A stretch of 64,000 nucleotides of DNA from contig JBEKGP010000003.1 in the NCBI GenBank assembly GCA_050012735.1, forward strand, positions 13,149 through 77,148. Direction: 5' to 3'. This DNA is from Candidatus Dormibacteria bacterium (GTDB lineage: Bacteria > Chloroflexota > Dormibacteria > Aeolococcales > Aeolococcaceae). Below, one piece after another: positions 45,903-56,750 of this stretch. Below the pieces are notes generated by a model that was not told where the DNA came from, made no database searches, and was given only the letters and a program-made list of their open reading frames with translations. A program made the position numbers and the translations under genes. How positions within the stretch are numbered: position 1 is the stretch's first letter; the number at the start of each line of letters is the position of its first letter.

Positions 45903-47063
45903 ATGGAGGTTGAGCTAGGGCGCTCCAAGCGCGCCCGCCGGACCTATGGATTCGATGAGGTGGCCCTCGTCCCCGGACGGGTGACCATCGATCCCGACGA
46001 GGTCGAGGTCGGCCTGAGCCTCGACGGGATGACGCTTGCCATCCCCTTCCTGGCGGCTGCCATGGACGGGGTGGTGGACGTCAGATTCGCCGTCGAGATG
46101 GGCCGGCTGGGCGGGCTGGCCGTACTCAACCTGGACGGCGTCCAGTGCCGGTACGAGGACCCGTCGGAGGTGCTCGCGGCGATCGCCGCCGCCCCTCCGT
46201 CCGAGGTCAACGTCCTGCTCCAGAAGATCTACCAGGCCCCGATCCAGGATGGTCTGATCGGCCGGCGGATCGAGGACATCAAGAAGGGGGGCGGCTCCTG
46301 CGCCGTCTCCACCGTCCCCGTCCAGGCGGCCCGCCGGGCCGGGATCGTCCAGGAGGCCGGGGCCGACTGCCTGGTGGTCCAGGGCACGGTGCTCACCGCG
46401 CGCCATATCAGCCGTGGCCACGAGCAGCTCTCCTTCCGCGAGCTGACCTCCCAGCTGCGCATCCCCGTCGTGGTCGGCAACTGCGTCGACTATGCGACCG
46501 CCCTGGAGCTGATGGAGACCGGCATCAAGGGCCTGCTGGTCGGCGTCGGTCCGGGCGCCGCCTGCACCACTCGCGCCGTGCTCGGCGTGGGGGTCCCCCA
46601 GGTCACCGCCACCAGCGACTGCGCGGCGGCCCGCGACGACCATCTCCGGCGCAGCGGCGAGCGTGTTGCCGTCATCACCGACGGGGGGATGCGCCTGGGC
46701 GGAGACGTCACCAAGGCCTTCGCATCGGGCGCCGACGCCGTGATGATCGGCTCGGTGTTCGCCTCGGCTGAGGAGGCCGCGGGTCGGGGCAATCACTGGG
46801 GGATGGCCACGCCCGACCCCAACCTCCCCCGGGGGACGCGCATCCGAACCGGGATCAAGGGCTCGCTGAAGGAGATCCTCTTCGGCCCGGCTCACGTCGA
46901 CGACGGATCGATGAACCTGGTGGGCGCTCTGAAGAGCGCCATGGGGGTCTGCGGCGCGCGCACCATCTCCGACTTCCAGGAGACCGAGATGGTGATCGCG
47001 CCCGCCATCAAGACCGAGGGCAAGGTGCAGCAGCGCGAGCAGCGCGTCGGCATGGGGGTTTGA
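45903..47063 (+). CDS. IMP dehydrogenase-family protein lacking the CBS pair (GuaB3-type)
   Basis: 386 aa with a TIM-barrel IMPDH/GMPR pattern ([43 protein letters not shown]). The ATG is preceded by GGAGGGAGG. It lies directly upstream of guaA. Confidence 0.85.
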   Translation: MEVELGRSKRARRTYGFDEVALVPGRVTIDPDEVEVGLSLDGMTLAIPFLAAAMDGVVDVRFAVEMGRLGGLAVLNLDGVQCRYEDPSEVLAAIAAAPPSEVNVLLQKIYQAPIQDGLIGRRIEDIKKGGGSCAVSTVPVQAARRAGIVQEAGADCLVVQGTVLTARHISRGHEQLSFRELTSQLRIPVVVGNCVDYATALELMETGIKGLLVGVGPGAACTTRAVLGVGVPQVTATSDCAAARDDHLRRSGERVAVITDGGMRLGGDVTKAFASGADAVMIGSVFASAEEAAGRGNHWGMATPDPNLPRGTRIRTGIKGSLKEILFGPAHVDDGSMNLVGALKSAMGVCGARTISDFQETEMVIAPAIKTEGKVQQREQRVGMGV

Positions 47064-47064
47064 G

Positions 47065-48681
47065 GTGGGCGCCGGCGTGGCCCAGAGCCCGGCGCCGAAC
47101 CGGGAGCTGAGGCCGGCGGCCGGCGCATCGCCTCCGGAACCGGCCGCGCAGGACGGCGTCCTCGTGCTCGACTTCGGCAGCCAGTACGCCCAGCTCATCG
47201 CCCGGCGCGTGCGTGAGGCCCGCGTCTACTCCGAACTGGTGCCCGGGAACATCAGCGCCGAGGAGATCCGGCGCCGGGCCCCCCGCGGGCTGATCTTCAG
47301 CGGAGGGCCCGCTTCCGTGTACGACCCGGGTGCTCCCCATCCCGACCCGGCGATCTACGACCTGGGGCTGCCCATCCTCGGGATCTGCTACGGGATGCAG
47401 CTGCTGGCCCACGACCTCGGGGGCGTGGTGGAACCCACCAGCCGGCGCGAGTACGGGGCGGCCCAGCTCGACATCGACGAGCCTGCGGGGATCTTCGAGG
47501 GCATCCCCTCCGAGACTGCGGTGTGGATGTCCCACGGCGACATCATCACCGGGCTCCCCGAGGGTTTCCGGCCCATAGCCCACTCGCTCAACTCACCGTA
47601 CGCAGCCTTTGCCGGACCGCTCGGACGCTTCGGCATCCAATTCCACCCCGAGGTCGTGCACACCCCCGCAGGCAAGCAGCTGCTCGCCAACTTCCTGACC
47701 CGCGTCTGCGGGTGCGCGCTCACCTGGGAGCCTGCCGCCTTTGTCCAGAGAGCGGTCGCCGACATCCACTCACGGGTGGGTGGCGGCCGCATCCTCTGCG
47801 CCCTCTCCGGTGGGGTCGACTCGGCGGTGGCGGCCACCCTGGTGCACCGGGCCGTCGGTGACCAGCTCATCTGCGTCTTCGTGGACAACGGCCTGCTCCG
47901 GCGTGACGAGGGCCGCCGCGTGGTCGAGGTCATGTCCCACCAGCGCCACATCAACCTGGTCCACGTCGACGCCACCGACCGTTTCCTCACCGCACTCGCC
48001 GGCGTCTCCGACCCGGAGGAGAAGCGCCGCCGGATCGGGCGCACCTTCATCGAGGTCTTCGAGACCGAGGCGCGGCGGCTGGGGGACATCGACTTCCTCG
48101 CCCAAGGCACCCTCTATCCGGACGTGATCGAGTCGACGTCCGGCGAGACGCCCAACGCTCGCACCATCAAGACCCACCACAACGTGGGCGGCCTCCCGGC
48201 CGACCTCCGCTTCCAGCTCGTCGAACCGCTCCGGTACCTCTTCAAGGACGAGGTTCGCCGGGTGGGCACCGAGCTGGGGCTTCCCGAGGACATGGTCTGG
48301 CGCCAGCCCTTCCCCGGACCGGGGCTGGCGATCCGGGTGATCGGCGAGGTGACGCGGGAGCGGCTGGAGGTGCTGCGGGCGGCTGATTGGATCGTGATTG
48401 ACGAGATCAAGCGCAGCGGGCTCTACCGGAAGGTGTGGCAGTCGTTCGCCATCCTGACCCCCATCTCCTCGGTGGGGGTGATGGGAGACGGGCGCACCTA
48501 CGCCAACGTCGTCGCCATCCGGATCGTCGAGTCCGACGATGCGATGACCGCCGACTGGGCACGGGTTCCCTATGACGTGCTTGGCCTCATGAGCAGGCGC
48601 ATCGTCAACGAGGTGGCCGGGGTCAACCGGGTCGTCTACGACATCAGCAGCAAGCCGCCCTCCACCATCGAGTGGGAGTAG
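47065..48681 (+). CDS. guaA: glutamine-hydrolysing GMP synthase
   Basis: It has a GATase domain ([23 protein letters not shown]), an ATP-PPase SGGVDS motif and the C-terminal end PPSTIEWE. The ~25-aa N-terminal extension depends on the GTG at 47065. Confidence 0.95.
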   Translation: MGAGVAQSPAPNRELRPAAGASPPEPAAQDGVLVLDFGSQYAQLIARRVREARVYSELVPGNISAEEIRRRAPRGLIFSGGPASVYDPGAPHPDPAIYDLGLPILGICYGMQLLAHDLGGVVEPTSRREYGAAQLDIDEPAGIFEGIPSETAVWMSHGDIITGLPEGFRPIAHSLNSPYAAFAGPLGRFGIQFHPEVVHTPAGKQLLANFLTRVCGCALTWEPAAFVQRAVADIHSRVGGGRILCALSGGVDSAVAATLVHRAVGDQLICVFVDNGLLRRDEGRRVVEVMSHQRHINLVHVDATDRFLTALAGVSDPEEKRRRIGRTFIEVFETEARRLGDIDFLAQGTLYPDVIESTSGETPNARTIKTHHNVGGLPADLRFQLVEPLRYLFKDEVRRVGTELGLPEDMVWRQPFPGPGLAIRVIGEVTRERLEVLRAADWIVIDEIKRSGLYRKVWQSFAILTPISSVGVMGDGRTYANVVAIRIVESDDAMTADWARVPYDVLGLMSRRIVNEVAGVNRVVYDISSKPPSTIEWE

Positions 48682-48699
48682 CCGGAGGAGTCGGGCCGG

Positions 48700-49053
48700 C
48701 TACCAGTTGGACCTGACGGTGGCCCGCGACGTTGCGGTGCGGGAGGACGGCGCTGCCGCATAGCCCCAGGTGTCGGTGACCTTCCGCCACGGAGACCCCA
48801 TCATCGCCGGCGACCGCCGCTGACGGTTCTGGATGCGCAGCCGGACGATGGTGGCGGCCAGGATGAGAATCCCGAGTGCCACCAGGGCGACGCCCAGCTC
48901 GAATCTCTCCGACGGGGCGAGGCCGCTCGAGGAGGTCGGCACGGTGCCGGCAGCCGCAGCCTGAACCGACAACGGTCCAACCATCGCCAGGGTCATCAGG
49001 ACCGTCGGGACGGTTGCCAACGCGGTGAGCCAGCGGGTCTGCCGAGACCTCAC
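48700..49053 (-). CDS. small hypothetical membrane protein
   Basis: 117 aa with a signal-like N-terminus (LTALATVPTVLMTLAMVGPLSVQAAAA), one further TM helix and a basic tail. Weak evidence. Confidence 0.35.
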   Translation of the reverse strand: MRSRQTRWLTALATVPTVLMTLAMVGPLSVQAAAAGTVPTSSSGLAPSERFELGVALVALGILILAATIVRLRIQNRQRRSPAMMGSPWRKVTDTWGYAAAPSSRTATSRATVRSNW

Positions 49054-49212
49054 GGTCGGTCCTCCTCGAGCCCGATTGAATCAACGCGGCCCAGCGTAGG
49101 CGGCACCGGGAGGCCCCGCCAGAGTCAACTGCATCCAAATCTCATGGGGCAGATGCACTCTCGCCGGCACTCGCGCAGCCCCACCGTCCCCCGATTCGCG
49201 ACAATCCCCTCG

Positions 49213-50493
49213 ATGCGGGTTCTGGTGATTGGATCCGGGGGTCGGGAGCACGCTCTCGCCTGGGCCTGCGCCCGGCACGAGTCTCGCCCCGAGATCATCT
49301 GCGCGCCCGGGAATGGCGGCACCGCCCAGCTCGGGACCAACGTCGCCATCTCGGGCACGGACGCGCCCGCGGTCGCCCGGCTGGCTCGGGAGCGGGAGGT
49401 GGACCTGGTCATCGTCGGGCCCGATGCGGCACTGGAGGCGGGCGTCTCCGACACCTGCCGTGAGTCCGGCCTCACCGTCTTCGGCCCCTCGTCGGCGGCC
49501 GCCAAGATCGAGTGGAGCAAGACCCACGCCAAGCAGGTCATGGACCGCGCGGGCGTCCCCACCGCCCGCTGGCGCTCCGGGACCGGTGAGAGCCGCAGCG
49601 ATCTCTTCGACTTCGTCCTCGAGCTCGACGGGCACTGCGTCGTCAAGGCGGACGGGCTCGCCGCCGGGAAGGGTGTGGCGGTCTGCGACACCCGCGAGGA
49701 CGCCTTCGCCGCGCTCGCCTCCTGCCTCAACGAGCGGCGCTTCGGGGACGCCGGCAACGTCGTCGTCGTCGAGGAGCGGCTGCATGGGACCGAGGTCTCC
49801 GTCTTCGCGGTTTGCGACGGGCGCCGCTACCAGCTGCTCTGGCCGGCGCGCGACTACAAGCGTGCCCACGATTCCGACCGCGGTCCCAACACCGGTGGGA
49901 TGGGGGCGTACGCTCCCGCAACGGCCGGCTGCCCCCCTCTCGAAGAGGTGGCGCAGCGGGTCATCGAGCCCACTCTGGCCGCCCTCGCGGAAGCCGGGAC
50001 CCCCTTCGTCGGCTGCCTCTACGTGGGATTGATGGTGAGCCGGGACGGGTTCCGCGTTCTCGAGTTCAACGCTCGCTTCGGCGACCCCGAGACCCAGGTG
50101 GTCGTTCCCCTGGCGGGACCGGGCTTTCTCGACCTCCTCCTCGCCGCCGCGCGCGGGGAGCTCGCCGGCACGGCGCCGGCGCCCGTCGTTGCCGGGGCGG
50201 CGGTGGTGGTCGTGGCCGCAGCCCAGGGATACCCCGGGGCGCCGCGCACGGACGACCCCATCACCGGCCTGGACGACCTCGACGACGATGTCCTCTGCTT
50301 CCACGCGGGCACCGCGCGGGACGGGCGGGGACGCCTGGTGACGGCGGGGGGGCGGGTGCTCGGCATCGTCGGCCGGGGCGACGACGTGGCGACGGCCAGG
50401 CGCCGGGCCTACGAGAACCTCGAGCGTGTCCACTTCGCGGGGATGTGGTCACGCTCGGACATCGCGACCCTCCCCGCCGGAGGCAGGCGATGA
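49213..50493 (+). CDS. purD: phosphoribosylamine-glycine ligase
   Basis: It begins MRVLVIGSGGREHALAW and has an ATP-grasp core. Confidence 0.95.
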   Translation: MRVLVIGSGGREHALAWACARHESRPEIICAPGNGGTAQLGTNVAISGTDAPAVARLAREREVDLVIVGPDAALEAGVSDTCRESGLTVFGPSSAAAKIEWSKTHAKQVMDRAGVPTARWRSGTGESRSDLFDFVLELDGHCVVKADGLAAGKGVAVCDTREDAFAALASCLNERRFGDAGNVVVVEERLHGTEVSVFAVCDGRRYQLLWPARDYKRAHDSDRGPNTGGMGAYAPATAGCPPLEEVAQRVIEPTLAALAEAGTPFVGCLYVGLMVSRDGFRVLEFNARFGDPETQVVVPLAGPGFLDLLLAAARGELAGTAPAPVVAGAAVVVVAAAQGYPGAPRTDDPITGLDDLDDDVLCFHAGTARDGRGRLVTAGGRVLGIVGRGDDVATARRRAYENLERVHFAGMWSRSDIATLPAGGRR

Positions 50494-51005
50494 GCAGTCC
50501 GCGGGTCGGCATCGTGATGGGCAGCGAGTCCGATCTCCCCGCCATGCGGCTCTGCGGAGAGGTTCTCGACGAGTACGGCATCGGCTGGGAGATCGCGGTG
50601 ATGTCAGCTCATCGCGCCCCGGAGGTGGTCCGCTCCTATGCCTCGCAGGCCGAGGCCCGGGGGCTGCGCGTGCTCGTGGCCGGGGCGGGCGCGGCGGCGC
50701 ACCTGCCGGGCGTGCTGGCGTCCTTGACCCCGCTGCCGGTGATCGGCGTCCCTCTCGCCGGCACCCCGCTGTCCGGATTCGACGCGCTCCTCAGCATCGT
50801 GCAGATGCCCCCGGGGGTCCCGGTCGCGACCGTCGCGGTGGGCGAGATGGGCGCGCGCAACGCCGCGCACCTCGCCGCCCGGATCCTCGCTCTCGGCGAC
50901 CCCGACGTGGCCGCCAGGGTGCGCGCCAGGCGTCAGGAGATGAGCGGGCGGGTGAGCCTCCCCGAGGGCTTCGACGTTTCTGGGACCGGGCCGCACCAGG
51001 CCTGA
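50490..51005 (+). CDS. purE: 5-(carboxyamino)imidazole ribonucleotide mutase
   Basis: The sequence [11 protein letters not shown]...SAHRAP...[12 protein letters not shown] is the PurE signature. The ATG overlaps the purD stop. Confidence 0.95.
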   Translation: MSSPRVGIVMGSESDLPAMRLCGEVLDEYGIGWEIAVMSAHRAPEVVRSYASQAEARGLRVLVAGAGAAAHLPGVLASLTPLPVIGVPLAGTPLSGFDALLSIVQMPPGVPVATVAVGEMGARNAAHLAARILALGDPDVAARVRARRQEMSGRVSLPEGFDVSGTGPHQA

Positions 51006-51107
51006 GCAGCCGGTCCGCGGGCTCCGGCCCCGGGCATCGAGACCGGAAAGTCATCGAACGCCGGGAACCGTCGTTTCGCACCAATCTCCATCCGCCACCG
51101 TCCCCCA

Positions 51108-51113
51108 TACAAT
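51108..51113 (+). promoter_or_regulatory. candidate -10 box (TACAAT) for the leaderless pycB-like gene
   Basis: The sequence reads TACAAT cggtcgatc ATG, a 9-nt spacing. Confidence 0.35.
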
Positions 51114-51122
51114 CGGTCGATC

Positions 51123-52907
51123 ATGCCGCGCCTGGAGCTCGTCGAGACCTCGCTGCGCTACGGGCAGCAGGCGCTCATGCTGAGCCGCCTGCGCCAGCGC
51201 CACGCCGTCCGGGCGGCGGAGCTCCTCGACGCCTGCGGCTTCGCCGCCCTCGAGGTCTTCGGGGGCGCCACCTTCGAGGCCCAGCTGCGGTTCCTCGGTG
51301 AGGATCCCTTTGAGCGACTTCGCGCCCTGGCCGCCGCCGCCCCCCGGACCCCGCTGATGGCCACCCTGAGCGGGCAGATGCTGGTCGCCCACCGCCACCT
51401 CCCCGACGACGTCGTCGAGGCCTTTGTCCGGCTCGCCGCCCAGGCCGGCATCGGCGTCTTCCGGCTCCTCGATCCACTCAACGACGTGGCCAACCTGGCC
51501 ACTGCGGTGCGCGCGGCGAAGGACGCCGGTGCCGCCGTCGAGGGGGTGGTGGTCTGCTCCGACGCCCCCATCCCCGCCCTGGCAGCGGTGGCCCGTGGCC
51601 TGGCCGGGCTGGGCTGCGACGCCATCTGCCTTCAGGATCCCCTGGGCGCCACCGGCTCGGCCCGGGCCGCGGCGCTCGTCTCCGCCGCCGCCGAGGCTGC
51701 CGGCCTGCCGGTGACGGTGAGGTTCTGCGCCCAGACGGGGCAGGCTGTGCTGGCCTATCAGGCTGCCCGCCGGGCGGGGGCGACGCGGGCGGACGTCGCG
51801 GTCTCCCCGCTGGGGGGCGGAGCGTCCTTCCCTTACGCCGAGGCGGTGATCGCCGGGTTCGCCGATACCGAGGACGCCACGGGGATCGAGCTGGAACCGG
51901 TCATCCGGGTCGCCCATTTCCTCGACGAGATCGCGCCCCTCTACGCGGACTCGGTCGACCCGGCGCTATTCCGGTACGACGGATCGGCACTCCGGGGACT
52001 GCTCCCCGCGTCGGCGATGGGCCACGGGTTGACCGAGTTGCGCGAGCGAGGCGCTCTCGACCGCCTGCCCGACGTGGAGGCGGAGATCTCGCGGGTGCGC
52101 CGGGAGCTCGGCAACCCGCCGCTGGTCACCCCCTTCCCGGAGGTCATCACCACCCAGGCCGTGTACAACGTTTTCGAGGGCGACCGCTACGCCACCATCA
52201 GCCAGGAGATCAAGGACTACTGCCTTGGTTTCTTTGGCACCCCGCCCGAGCCGATCGACCCCGACGTCCGCGAGCTGGTGAACGGGCGCGAGGAACCCAT
52301 CACCTGCCGCCCAGCCGACCTGCTCGAGCCGGGACTTCCCGCGGCGGCTCGCGATCTGGCCCGGGAGGGCGTTCGGGATGATCCCGAGGCGCTCGTCAGC
52401 TACGCGCTCTTCGGCGCCGACTTCCTCGCCTCCGTCCGGGGCGAGGCCATGGTGGAGCGTCTCGCCGACGAGGCGGGCGAGACCTCCTCCGGCGGCGCGG
52501 ACAGCGAGGGGGCCGGGCCGCCGGAGGAGGTCACCGGCACGGCGGAGGCGGTGAACGGCGACTCCGGCTTCGAGGTCCGTGAGCTGCGGGTCGAGGTCGA
52601 CGGGCAGACCTACGACGTCCGCGTCTTCGGTGCCGGTCCGGGGGCGTCCCGCGACGAGCCCGCTATGGCGCCCTCCGGCGCGCCGCGGACCGGCGCCGGC
52701 ACGGTCACCGCTCCCATGCAGGGCCTGATCCTCAAGGTGCGTGTCAAGCCGGGGGATCGAGTCCAGATCGGGGACGTCGTCGCCGTCCTCGAGGCCATGA
52801 AGATGCAGAACGACATCGTCGCCCACCGGACGGGAACCGTGGCCGCGGTCCATGTTCGGGAGGGAGACGTGGTCGGCGCCAAGGCCCCGATCGCGGACAT
52901 CGAGTGA
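51123..52907 (+). CDS. PycB/OadA/5S-type carboxyltransferase-fold protein with a C-terminal biotinyl domain; the active site looks degenerate
   Basis: It is collinear with the oxaloacetate decarboxylase alpha / transcarboxylase 5S sequences as I recall them (GGATFEAQLRFLGEDPFERL, VFRLLDPLND, LVTPFPEVITTQAV, ITCRPADLL). It ends in the EAMKMQN biotinylation motif. Confidence 0.85.
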   Translation: MPRLELVETSLRYGQQALMLSRLRQRHAVRAAELLDACGFAALEVFGGATFEAQLRFLGEDPFERLRALAAAAPRTPLMATLSGQMLVAHRHLPDDVVEAFVRLAAQAGIGVFRLLDPLNDVANLATAVRAAKDAGAAVEGVVVCSDAPIPALAAVARGLAGLGCDAICLQDPLGATGSARAAALVSAAAEAAGLPVTVRFCAQTGQAVLAYQAARRAGATRADVAVSPLGGGASFPYAEAVIAGFADTEDATGIELEPVIRVAHFLDEIAPLYADSVDPALFRYDGSALRGLLPASAMGHGLTELRERGALDRLPDVEAEISRVRRELGNPPLVTPFPEVITTQAVYNVFEGDRYATISQEIKDYCLGFFGTPPEPIDPDVRELVNGREEPITCRPADLLEPGLPAAARDLAREGVRDDPEALVSYALFGADFLASVRGEAMVERLADEAGETSSGGADSEGAGPPEEVTGTAEAVNGDSGFEVRELRVEVDGQTYDVRVFGAGPGASRDEPAMAPSGAPRTGAGTVTAPMQGLILKVRVKPGDRVQIGDVVAVLEAMKMQNDIVAHRTGTVAAVHVREGDVVGAKAPIADIE

Positions 52908-53022
52908 CGAGGCATCGCGGAGAGAGCCCGGCTCCGTCGGTTGCCACCGCACCGTCACAGTTCTCCCAGCGGACGAGTGGCGTAACGTCGAAGGCGCCCC
53001 GCACGTTCCTTCCCCAGAGCTG

Positions 53023-54423
53023 ATGACCCCCAAGCGTGCCCTACGACTTGCCGCCGTCGTCCTCATCGCCTGCCTGATCGCGGGCGTGGCCAGCCTGGCC
53101 GGGGTCGGATCGGAGCGCAGGAACAGCTTCGACGCCCAGGCGGCCAGCCTGCAGCGCACCTGGACCCACGACCTCGCCGTCGGAGTGCCCGCCGCGACCA
53201 TCACCCCTCTGCGCAGCCGCCTGCGTGAGCAGCGGCCCGAGGATGAGTGGTGGGCCCCGGTGTGGTGGACGACCGACGGACACGTGCTGCTGGCGGCACT
53301 GACCCGCGCCACCGACACCGCCTACGCGACGGCCATGACCACCCAGCGGGACAGGGCTCAGCTCGTGCTCAGCGATTGGCAGGCTGAGGTGACCCAGGAC
53401 CGGGGCTTCATGACCGCGGCGGAGATCTCGGCCGGCCAGGGCTGGCCGGCTCAGCTCAAGGCGGCGACCACCCCCGATCGGCTCGCCTCCCTGGCCGCCA
53501 GCTGGCAGCCGCAGCTCGACGCGGCCCGCACCGAGGTGGTGGCCGCCCAGCAGCAGGCCGAGATCCAGACCGACGTCGCCCAAGCCGGTGGCGCCGCCGC
53601 GCTTGTCGCCCAGGCCGGCACCGCCCTCACCACCGCGAGCGACGACAACCTCGACCCCGGTGACATCTCCGACCTGGCCACCCAGCTCCAGAGCCAGGCG
53701 TCGAGTGGAGCCGACACGAGCAAGAGCGCCGGCCTCCTCTACACCGCCCTCCAGCAGTTCAACCAGCTCGTGGCCGTCAATGACCAGCTGAACGGCGAGA
53801 TGCGGCCGCTGATGCTGCTCGCCGACCAGGCCTCGGCGGAGAGCACTCCCAACGCGGCCCACCTGCAGGCCCTGTACCAGGAGGTGGCCCAGGAGTTCCC
53901 CTCCGACACCACCTATGACCAGATGAGCGCGCTGCAGGTGCAGGTGACCGGCATCCAGAACGCCCTCAACGCGGATCTGGCCGCCGACCAGTGCGGCCAC
54001 CAAGCGGGCGGGGGGTCGGGCAAGGTGATCACCCTCAGCATCAGCCTCCAGGAGGCGATCTTCTACGACAACGGCTGCGTCGTCGGCGCCAGCCCGATCA
54101 CCACCGGCCGGCCCGGCCTCAACACGCCGACGGGGAACTACGCAGTCTTCTACAAGACCTCGCCCTTCACGATGGTCTCCCCTTGGCCGCAGGGGTCACC
54201 CGACTGGTATCCGACCACCGTGGTGCAGTGGGTCCTGGAGTTCGCTGACGGCTACTTCCTCCACGACGCCTACTGGGAGAACCAGAACGCCTTCGGGCCC
54301 GGCAGCGAGAACGACGTGGCCCAGGACTACGCGAGCCACGGCTGCGTCCACTTCCCGACCGTGACCATGTCCTGGCTCTACAAGTGGACGCCGCTCGGGA
54401 CCCCGGTGATCATCACCAGCTGA
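53023..54423 (+). CDS. L,D-transpeptidase (YkuD domain) with N-terminal TM anchor and long helical region
   Basis: The C-terminal domain ends in ASHGCVH (HxxxxxxSHGC-type catalytic motif). The ATG at 53023 gives an N-terminal TM segment (LRLAAVVLIACLIAGVASLAG). Confidence 0.85.
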   Translation: MTPKRALRLAAVVLIACLIAGVASLAGVGSERRNSFDAQAASLQRTWTHDLAVGVPAATITPLRSRLREQRPEDEWWAPVWWTTDGHVLLAALTRATDTAYATAMTTQRDRAQLVLSDWQAEVTQDRGFMTAAEISAGQGWPAQLKAATTPDRLASLAASWQPQLDAARTEVVAAQQQAEIQTDVAQAGGAAALVAQAGTALTTASDDNLDPGDISDLATQLQSQASSGADTSKSAGLLYTALQQFNQLVAVNDQLNGEMRPLMLLADQASAESTPNAAHLQALYQEVAQEFPSDTTYDQMSALQVQVTGIQNALNADLAADQCGHQAGGGSGKVITLSISLQEAIFYDNGCVVGASPITTGRPGLNTPTGNYAVFYKTSPFTMVSPWPQGSPDWYPTTVVQWVLEFADGYFLHDAYWENQNAFGPGSENDVAQDYASHGCVHFPTVTMSWLYKWTPLGTPVIITS

Positions 54424-55774
54424 GCCGTCGGGCCTGCCAGGCCAGCCCTCCGAGCCGGTCCACGAGCGCCCTGGCCTCGTCCGCGTCCCGGCAGGGGGCG
54501 GCCGCCACCCACCGCCGTCCCGCCGTGTCCACGCGGAGGTTGGCGAGGTGGAGGGCCCGCAGCAGAGGTCCGCTGCTCAACCGGATGCTCTGGACCTTCT
54601 CCAGGGGCACGATCACCGTGGCCGGGCGCACCCGGCCGGTCTGGGTCACGAGCCAGCGGGCGTCGTGCCAGGTGGAGAGGTAGTGGTACGAGAAGGGAGC
54701 CCGGAACCAGGCCCGTCGTGGCGGGGCCCCGGCGCGGGCGAGGGTGGCGGGTGCGCCCGGGGCGACCTGGCCGACCAGCCACCGCGCCTGGTCCAGGGTC
54801 GCGACCGGGGCGAGGAGGTGTGCCAGCTGGCGCGCCTCGCCCTGGCGGCGGGCCTCGGGCTGGCGGGCCACGTCGAGCTCGACCCGGGCCCAGCCGAAGG
54901 GCCGCCAGAGCAGCGGCTGGATCAGCCGAACCGCCTGGATCCGGCCGTAGGGGATGGTCTCGTGGCGCTTCTGGAGGAGGCCCCGATGGAGGCGCAGGCC
55001 GTCGGGCGCCTGGCCGATCGTGAAGTCGAAGTCCCCGTTCACGGAGCGGGCCGCATCGAGGCCGAGGGCAAAGAGGCCGGTTAGGACCCCGGTGATGAGT
55101 GAGGTTGCGGCATCGGCCCCGCCCTGGCGAACCGCCCCGCCGGCTCCGGTGGGATCGACGACGGCCAGGATCGCCCCCACGGCGACGAGCACGAGCACCA
55201 GCAGCCAGGCTCCGCGGAGCAGGCTCGCCGCGATGAGCCGTCCGTTGTCGACCCGGAAGAGGGGGAGTGCGGGCGGCTCCGGGGTCTCGGCCGCAAGCCC
55301 GTGGGCCAGGGCGAGCAGCTGCGCTCTCACCGCCGCCGCGTCCTGATTGCTCAGGTAGGCGAGCCGCCCGTGCTGGCGATGACCGGTCCCGGCGGAGATC
55401 ACCCGCACCTCGGCGAGACCAAGGAGGCGAGCCGTGAGCGGCGCGACGACGTCCACCGCCTGAATCCGGCGAAGCGGGAACCGGAGCGACTGGCGGTACA
55501 CCAGGCCGGTGTCGATCTGGAGCTCGTCGCCGACCACCCGCCAGCGCGTCACCAGCCAGGAGACGACCGAGGCCACCATCCCGAGCACCGCCACCGCCGC
55601 AACCACCAGCGTCTCCGCCGTCCGCCCGGACGAGGTCTGCGCTCCTGAGACCAAGGAGACGCCCGCGAGCAGCAGCGCCCCGAGGGTGATTCCGATCCGG
55701 GCGACCGGGGAGAGGGGATGGAGGCGGCACCAGGTGCCGGACAGCGCGGGAGCCTGCGACGCGGCCAGGGGCAT
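54413..55774 (-). CDS. membrane protein with tandem bacterial PH (bPH_2/DUF304) domains, YdbT-like
   Basis: 453 aa with repeated modules, each a TM hairpin followed by a PH-like segment (for example RFPLRRIQAVDV and ETIPYGRIQAVRL). Confidence 0.8.
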   Translation of the reverse strand: MPLAASQAPALSGTWCRLHPLSPVARIGITLGALLLAGVSLVSGAQTSSGRTAETLVVAAVAVLGMVASVVSWLVTRWRVVGDELQIDTGLVYRQSLRFPLRRIQAVDVVAPLTARLLGLAEVRVISAGTGHRQHGRLAYLSNQDAAAVRAQLLALAHGLAAETPEPPALPLFRVDNGRLIAASLLRGAWLLVLVLVAVGAILAVVDPTGAGGAVRQGGADAATSLITGVLTGLFALGLDAARSVNGDFDFTIGQAPDGLRLHRGLLQKRHETIPYGRIQAVRLIQPLLWRPFGWARVELDVARQPEARRQGEARQLAHLLAPVATLDQARWLVGQVAPGAPATLARAGAPPRRAWFRAPFSYHYLSTWHDARWLVTQTGRVRPATVIVPLEKVQSIRLSSGPLLRALHLANLRVDTAGRRWVAAAPCRDADEARALVDRLGGLAWQARRLSW

Positions 55775-56235
55775 CAGAGCCCCGATGCCCGGGCCTCGCC
55801 GAGCGTGGCCAGCCGGTCGCGGAGCTGCGCGGCGTCGGCGCTGCGCAGGCCGGGGATGCGGGCATCCGTGGCTGCGGCGGCGGTGTGAAGCTGGACGGTG
55901 GCCAGGTCAAAGAGGCGGTCGACCGGGCCCGCCGTAACGTCCACGAACTGCATCCGCCCGAAGGGGACGACGGTGAGCCGATGAAAGACCAGACCGCGGT
56001 GGACCACCAGGTCCTCGTCCCGCTCGAGGTATCCCCAGGAGCGATACCGGCCCCGCTCGATGAACCACGAGATGACGGCCAGGGCCAGGCCGGCTGCGAC
56101 CCCCGCGAGGCCACCCGGCGCGCCCCAGAGCAGCCCGCCCCACACGCCGAGAATCACCAGCAGGACGAGGCTCGTCAGTCCGAGCACCGTCTGGCGGGCC
56201 AGCCACAGCCGTGGCGAGGGTCGCCGGTACTGCAT
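55774..56235 (-). CDS. single bPH_2 domain membrane protein, YdbS-like
   Basis: 153 aa with a TM hairpin followed by HRLTVVPFGRMQFVDV. It lies immediately upstream of, and abuts, the YdbT-like gene. Confidence 0.8.
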   Translation of the reverse strand: MQYRRPSPRLWLARQTVLGLTSLVLLVILGVWGGLLWGAPGGLAGVAAGLALAVISWFIERGRYRSWGYLERDEDLVVHRGLVFHRLTVVPFGRMQFVDVTAGPVDRLFDLATVQLHTAAAATDARIPGLRSADAAQLRDRLATLGEARASGL

Positions 56236-56292
56236 CGAGGCCGATGCTACGCGCCAGGCTCATCGATCGAGCCCGCCGGTGGCGAAGCCTGC

Positions 56293-56613
56293 CTACCGGT
56301 CCCGGCGCTTGGGCGCGTGCTTGCGCGCCTGCTTGACCTCGCCGCTCAGACTGGCGACCGACACCTCAACGGCATCGGCGATGGCTCGCGACATCCGGAG
56401 CGCATGGTCGCGCACCTCCTGGTCGCGGAGCGCCTCGGCCGTCGCCTCCACGGCGATCCTCGCCTGACGGCTGATCGCCTCCAGGGCCGTCTCGATGGGG
56501 GGCCTGCTGGTCTCCGCGCCTTGCTGTGACCGGTAGTGCTCCCGAAGCCGGGAGCCGAGCTCGGCCGCGTTCCGGCCCACCTCGTGCCACGCCTCGTCTC
56601 TGTCTCGCGGCAT
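56293..56613 (-). CDS. small helical hypothetical protein with a basic tail
   Basis: 106 aa from the ATG at 56613. The composition is coding-like, but no motif was recognised. Confidence 0.4.
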   Translation of the reverse strand: MPRDRDEAWHEVGRNAAELGSRLREHYRSQQGAETSRPPIETALEAISRQARIAVEATAEALRDQEVRDHALRMSRAIADAVEVSVASLSGEVKQARKHAPKRRDR

Positions 56614-56750
56614 CGTGCGGCCTCCTGCTCGATCTCCGATTCGCCCCCATGATCGCACCCGGGTCGGCCGGCGCCCGGTTCTCCCGGCCGCTCCACCGCT
56701 CCCGCCGTGCGGCAGCCCGGCCTCATCGCTCCGGATGGCACCATGGAGCC

